Shown: positions 59,683-64,000 of the stretch, one piece after another
Layout: the number at the start of each line of letters is the position of its first letter
Numbering within the stretch: the stretch's first letter is position 1
Assembly (NCBI GenBank): GCA_017398355.1
Contig: JAFQGD010000002.1
Location: forward strand, 6,926 to 70,925
Direction of reading: 5' to 3'
Origin: Akkermansia sp.
Lineage (GTDB): Bacteria > Verrucomicrobiota > Verrucomicrobiia > Verrucomicrobiales > Akkermansiaceae
Length of the DNA: 64,000 bases
Position numbers and translations under genes: made by a program
The notes under the pieces: generated by a model
Told to the model about the DNA's origin: nothing
Databases searched by the model: none
What the model saw: only the letters and a program-made list of their open reading frames with translations

Positions 59683-61028
59683 TGCAGGCCCCCTCTTTCC
59701 CCATGATTGAAGAAAAGACCATTGCAGCCGTAGCCACTCCGCCGGGTAGCGGTGCTATTGCTGTGGTACGCATGAGCGGGCCACAGGCGCATGCCATTGC
59801 GGCTACATGCTGCGGCCGCAGCTTGGAGGCTCGCCGCGCTACCTTGGTGCGCTTGCGCAATCGAGATGGGGCACCAATCGATGAAGCGGTGGCTACATTC
59901 TTTGCCGCACCGGCTAGTTATACCGGCGAAGATGTGGTGGAAATATCCTGCCACGGTGGCATGCTGGTGACTCGCCGTGTGCTGGAGTGTCTCTTGCAGG
60001 CCGGGGCGCAACCTGCCGAACCGGGAGAATTTTCCCGCCGGGCATTTGCTAATGGTAAGTTGGATTTGACCCAAGCAGAAGCGGTGATGGATATCATCTC
60101 TGCCGGGAGCGATTTGGCCCTTCGTGCGGCCCAAAACCAGCTCCAAGGTGCCATCAGCTCCCGTGTGCAAGCGGCGGCAGACAGACTCATCTCTACCGCC
60201 GCCCATCTGGAGGCCTATATTGATTTCCCGGAGGAAGAAATCTCCCCCGATACCACAGAGCAGCTTGCAGCAGCTATGCTTGGCGTCCGGCAGGATTTGC
60301 AACAGCTCCTCGACACGGCCGATGAGGGAAGACTTCTTCGTGAAGGAGTGCGCACAGCCATTGTCGGCGCTCCCAATGTGGGCAAATCCAGCTTGCTTAA
60401 TATGCTCCTTGGTTATGAACGCGCCATTGTGAGCAATGTGGCAGGTACTACCCGTGATACGATTGAAGAATGCGTGAGCCTTGCCGGCTTGCGCCTGCGC
60501 CTCACCGATACGGCCGGCTTGCATGAAAGTGATGATGCCATTGAGCGCGCCGGTATGGAGCGCAGCCGTCGCGCCGGGGCAGAGGCTGATTTGGTGCTGG
60601 AGGTAGCAGACCTCACCCAGCCCCCGCCTGCTCCCTTGCCTTTGCCGCCGGGCAGCATGCGCCTGCTCGTGCTCAACAAAGCGGATTTGCCGCCCCACCC
60701 TGCCTGGGAAGGGCAGGAGGGTATCCGCATTTCTTGCCATACCGGGGCCGGCCGCAAGGAGTTGGAACAGGCCATTGCCGCGCTCTTCCTGCGTCATGAT
60801 ACCACCGCCGCCGATTTTGCTGCCATCAACACCCGCCACCGCTTCGCTCTACAACAAGCATTGCAGGCCCTGATGCAAGCGCATGCCTCCCTCCTTGCAG
60901 GGGATTCTCCCGAACTTACGGATGTAGACCTCCGCGCTGCTCTGGATGCCCTCGGTTCTATCATTGGCCGCATTGATACCGAGGATATCCTCACTCGCGT
61001 CTTTGCCACGTTCTGCCTCGGTAAATAA
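59682..61028 (+). CDS. mnmE: tRNA modification GTPase
   Basis: IAAVATPPG, EISCHGG, GEFSRRAFANGKLDLTQAE, GAPNVGKSSL, AGTTRD, DTAG and FCLGK end. Start is 59682 (TAATG overlap) or 59703. Confidence 0.96.
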   Translation: MQAPSFPMIEEKTIAAVATPPGSGAIAVVRMSGPQAHAIAATCCGRSLEARRATLVRLRNRDGAPIDEAVATFFAAPASYTGEDVVEISCHGGMLVTRRVLECLLQAGAQPAEPGEFSRRAFANGKLDLTQAEAVMDIISAGSDLALRAAQNQLQGAISSRVQAAADRLISTAAHLEAYIDFPEEEISPDTTEQLAAAMLGVRQDLQQLLDTADEGRLLREGVRTAIVGAPNVGKSSLLNMLLGYERAIVSNVAGTTRDTIEECVSLAGLRLRLTDTAGLHESDDAIERAGMERSRRAGAEADLVLEVADLTQPPPAPLPLPPGSMRLLVLNKADLPPHPAWEGQEGIRISCHTGAGRKELEQAIAALFLRHDTTAADFAAINTRHRFALQQALQALMQAHASLLAGDSPELTDVDLRAALDALGSIIGRIDTEDILTRVFATFCLGK

Positions 61029-61164
61029 CCCCCCACATCGTAAATCCTACATTCCAAAGGGCTTGTTTGAAAGAAAATTTGCAGTTTAAGTGGAGTTTTG
61101 CTTGACGTGAAGCCAAATTCGTGTAGAATAGCGCTCCGCATAAATCTTAACCCCCAATAAAATT

Positions 61165-61443
61165 ATGTCCAGAATCTGCAATATTACGTTTGCTATGCCG
61201 CACAAGGGCCGTCGCATTCATCGCTCCGGTCTTGCCAAGAAAAAGGGTGGTATCGGTCGTCACGTCACGAAAGTTGTGAACCGCACAGTTTATCCGAACC
61301 TGCAGGAAAAGCGTATCTGGGTGCCTGAGCTCAATGGTGGCAAGGGTGGCTACATCCGCATGAAGCTCTCCTGCAAGGCTCTCCGTACGATTTCCAAGAA
61401 CGGCGCTTTCAATACGCTCAAGAAAGCCGGTATCCTTTATTGA
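61165..61443 (+). CDS. rpmB: 50S ribosomal protein L28
   Basis: MSRIC...VVNRTVYPNLQEKRIW; promoter TTGACG-16-TAGAAT at 61102-61129. Confidence 0.93.
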   Translation: MSRICNITFAMPHKGRRIHRSGLAKKKGGIGRHVTKVVNRTVYPNLQEKRIWVPELNGGKGGYIRMKLSCKALRTISKNGAFNTLKKAGILY

Positions 61444-61595
61444 TTCCGGCTACTGCGTTCAGTTTTTTTTGAACGCTGCGGCAAGTTCAGGTGTCTCCCT
61501 TTCAAGACTACAACAGGATTTGCTGCTGAACTGCTCCGAAACGGACACGGATGTATGCAGGATTCCTCCTGTTAATCACATCACAGTTTACGAAA

Positions 61596-61823
61596 ATGAC
61601 ATCCCCCCAGACCAAAATCGCGCTTCGTATCAACGACGATAACCTCAATCACCACCTGTGGAATAACCGCGGTGTGTGGTGGTGCCACGTTACCGTTCAT
61701 AAGCCGGATGCTACGGCTGAACGCCTTCGTTTCTCCCTGCGTACGCGGGATATTAAGAAGGCTCGCACGCTTCGCGACCGTATTTTTGCGGACATCCAGC
61801 GTCACTTCGGTATAGCTGCCTGA
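61596..61823 (+). CDS. Small basic hypothetical protein (75 aa), possibly nucleic-acid binding
   Basis: NLNHHLWNNRGVWWCHVTVH...ERLRFSLRTRDIKKARTLRD resembles three-stranded arm-type DNA-binding folds; it has its own terminator. Confidence 0.7.
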   Translation: MTSPQTKIALRINDDNLNHHLWNNRGVWWCHVTVHKPDATAERLRFSLRTRDIKKARTLRDRIFADIQRHFGIAA

Positions 61824-61860
61824 TGTGTGGCCCGCAATGGGCTCTGCTCAGATTGTTTTC

Positions 61861-61893
61861 AAAACCGCATCGGGTTTGTCCCGGTGCGGTTTT
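61861..61893 (+). terminator. Intrinsic terminator
   Basis: AAAACCGCATCGGG / CCCGGTGCGGTTTT, a 14-bp stem with one G-U pair. Confidence 0.75.
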
Positions 61894-62044
61894 GCTGTCT
61901 CGTATGGGCATTTTGGGATGATGGCACACAAAGTCACCCTCAGGACTGATATTGTGCTTGCATTTAGGGGACAAGGTGATAGATTGAATTCAGGCACACC
62001 CGTTTAGCACAGGTGCGCTCCGCAACGAACAGACTTATACAACA

Positions 62045-63022
62045 ATGGATATTCTTCACGACAAGGACGCCGATGTGAGCGTTCTGAATGGCAAGACCGT
62101 GGCTGTGATTGGCTACGGTGCTCAGGGTCGCGCCCAGGCTCTTTGCATGCGCGACAGTGGCGTGCATGTCATCATCGGTCTGCGCCCCGGCAAGAGCTGG
62201 GATGCAGCTGTGCAGGATGGCTTTGAAGTCATGCCCGTAGATGAAGCAGCCGCCAAGGCCGACATCATCCACATCCTCCTGCCCGATGAAAAGCACGGCG
62301 AGGTATACACCAACCAGATTAAGCCCGGCTTGAAGCCCGGCAAGACACTGTGCTGCTCCCACGGTTTTGCATACGTGTTCAAGACCATTGAGCCCCCGGC
62401 AGATGTGGATGTCATCATGGTGGCTCCCAAGGGCCCGGGCACGGAAGTGCGCCGTGTGTTCGAGGAAGGCTTTGGCTGCCCCGGTCTCATTGCCGTATTC
62501 CAGAATCCGACCGGCAAGGCTCGCGAGGTAGCACTTGCCATGGCCAAGGCAGAGGGTCTTACCCGCGGTGGCGTGTTGGAATGCACCATGCAGCAGGAGA
62601 CCTACGAAGATCTCTTTGGCGAGCAGAACGTGCTTTGCGGTGGTCTCGTGGACCTGATGAAGTATGGTTTCGAGACACTGATTGAAGCCGGCTACCCCGC
62701 CGAGATGGCCTACTTCGAATGCGTACACGAAGCCAAGCTCATCGTGGACATCATCTACAACAAGGGTATCCAGGCCATGAACGCCGTTATCTCCAACACC
62801 GCAGAGTTCGGTGAATACTACAACGGCCCGCAGATTCTTGGTCCGGAAGTGAAGGAGAAGATGAAGGAATCCCTCAAGCGCATCGAAAGTGGCGAGTTCG
62901 CCCGCGTGTGGCTGGCAGAAGCCGCCGCCGGTGCTCCCAATCTGCTTGCCAAGCGTGCTGCTTTGGCAGAGCACCCCGTGGAAATCGTGGGCAGCAAGAT
63001 TCGCGAGCTTTTCGAGCGTTAA
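62045..63022 (+). CDS. ilvC: Ketol-acid reductoisomerase (class I)
   Basis: IGYGAQGRAQA, LLPDE, SHGF, VAPKGPG, DLFGEQNVLCGG, AYFECVHE and SNTAEFG. Confidence 0.97.
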   Translation: MDILHDKDADVSVLNGKTVAVIGYGAQGRAQALCMRDSGVHVIIGLRPGKSWDAAVQDGFEVMPVDEAAAKADIIHILLPDEKHGEVYTNQIKPGLKPGKTLCCSHGFAYVFKTIEPPADVDVIMVAPKGPGTEVRRVFEEGFGCPGLIAVFQNPTGKAREVALAMAKAEGLTRGGVLECTMQQETYEDLFGEQNVLCGGLVDLMKYGFETLIEAGYPAEMAYFECVHEAKLIVDIIYNKGIQAMNAVISNTAEFGEYYNGPQILGPEVKEKMKESLKRIESGEFARVWLAEAAAGAPNLLAKRAALAEHPVEIVGSKIRELFER

Positions 63023-63057
63023 TTCACGCTTCATATTTACACAGCTTATTGCAAAAC

Positions 63058-63086
63058 AAAGGCGCAGGAGAAATCCTGCGCCTTTC
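63058..63086. terminator. Bidirectional terminator
   Basis: AAAGGCGCAGGA-GAAA-TCCTGCGCCTTT between convergent genes. Confidence 0.75.
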
Positions 63087-63110
63087 GTATGCGTCAATGT
63101 GGAAGAGATA

Positions 63111-64000
63111 TCAGCCGCGGTTAAATAAGCGTGTTTGCTCCGGATCCGGCATGATTTCTACGAGGGCAAAATCATCTTCTTGCAGGTCGTAGACAGCATC
63201 AAAATCTGCGGCGCAGTAGATGGGTATGTATTTGGCATTCCAGAGGCGTGCCAAATCCTTGAGGTTGCAGGCGGGGATTTGCGCTTCGGGGGTGTTGACT
63301 GTATCAGCTGCCAGCACCGCGACTACACGCAAGCCGGGTTCAAGCTGGGGCAGGAAGGTGGAGGCGGCACAATCGCGCATCAGAGCCACATCACCTGCAA
63401 GGCAACAGGCACTTTGCTTGGCGGCAGAGTAGCCGAGGAAAGCGGATACGGTGCCATCCGTACTGTGCATATTGATTCCGCGCACCATGCCGAATTCCCG
63501 CTCTGATTGAGCGTATTTACCCCACAGAGAGGATACGCGGGTGCCACTCAGGCACACTTCATCGCAAATGACGGCGTAATGCGAGAAGGCGCGTACCAAA
63601 GCGGCCTCACTCTCGGGGTAGGAAAGGAGCAATTCCTCAATGCGTGCAGCGCGGCGCCGGCTCAGGCTGAGTAGCCCTGTGGGGTCATGGCGGCGGGGAA
63701 TATCCCCCAACGCTTGCATGATTTGCTCGATATCGCCCTCAAACACATGGCTTTGGCGGCGCAAGCCGGCAAAGCCGGTGCGGGTTACAGAGTATACCTC
63801 CACCTTGGGCATATCTTCCAGTGCTTGCCAGAAAGGCCCGGTGGGCACTTCGCCAAAGCGCAAGACGATGGGGGGAGGGTTGTCCAGCAAGAGGGCATCG
63901 GCATCGGCCAGCACATACTGGTGCATTTGCTCGCGCATGTTGCTGGCGGGCTCTGCCAACATGGGCACACGCAGCAAATCTGCCAGCCATGCTACGGCGT
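63111..64000 (-). CDS. MenD-like thiamine-diphosphate enzyme, C-terminal part (gene starts beyond the window), divergent
   Basis: VPMLAEPASNMR, VLRFGEVPT, RGINMHSTDGTVSAFLG and CLAGDVALMRD align by eye with MenD central and PP-domain motifs. The frame is open to the window end. Confidence 0.55.
   Translation of the reverse strand, partial: AVAWLADLLRVPMLAEPASNMREQMHQYVLADADALLLDNPPPIVLRFGEVPTGPFWQALEDMPKVEVYSVTRTGFAGLRRQSHVFEGDIEQIMQALGDIPRRHDPTGLLSLSRRRAARIEELLLSYPESEAALVRAFSHYAVICDEVCLSGTRVSSLWGKYAQSEREFGMVRGINMHSTDGTVSAFLGYSAAKQSACCLAGDVALMRDCAASTFLPQLEPGLRVVAVLAADTVNTPEAQIPACNLKDLARLWNAKYIPIYCAADFDAVYDLQEDDFALVEIMPDPEQTRLFNRG

Noticed and set aside
61551-61823. Integrase remnant or prophage boundary
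   Set aside because: There is no catalytic tyrosine-recombinase domain, att-like repeat, tRNA or phage gene nearby. The gene is intact with a terminator and is kept only as a small-protein finding.
1-64000. tRNA, rRNA, tmRNA, RNase P, SRP RNA, IS elements, and known riboswitches (FMN before ribD, SAH before ahcY)
   Set aside because: No hallmark sequences or transposase ORFs were seen by eye. ribD and ahcY appear leaderless, leaving no room for a 5' riboswitch.

Overview
A 64-kb bacterial chromosomal segment, most likely from a Verrucomicrobia/Akkermansiaceae-like anaerobe. This assignment is inferred from a PEP-CTERM surface protein with autotransporter-associated beta-strand repeats, SHD1-like domains, a GH18 with a sialidase-type N-terminal domain and an ActB-like protein. 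The window appears to span the replication origin. An AT-rich intergenic region at about 28.38-28.62 kb carries 8 DnaA-box-like 9-mers, and four identical parS-like 16-mers (TGTTCCACATGGAACA) lie within 4 kb to its right. dnaN and mnmE are nearby, and by eye the GC skew switches here. Housekeeping genes include kbl, sdaA, dnaN, xth, cysE, ribD, argS, ahcY, folC, recA, purB, mnmE, rpmB and ilvC. Accessory content includes glycosyl- and acyltransferases, a roughly 2,340-aa PEP-CTERM gene split by a single-base frameshift at a G6 tract, two paralogous GT-C-like membrane proteins, an orphan ActB-like Fe-S lipoprotein, a three-gene operon of exported PDZ, FKBP-like and TPR-SHD1-ankyrin proteins, and an AlbA-type ATP-binding gene with a repeat array over its promoter. 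There are two candidate structured RNAs: one 6S-like and one riboswitch-like leader. Many genes have a near-consensus sigma70 promoter only 6-10 nt before the start codon, which suggests leaderless mRNAs. No tRNA, rRNA, CRISPR array or intact mobile element was seen. All family assignments come from motif recognition by eye, not from database searches.
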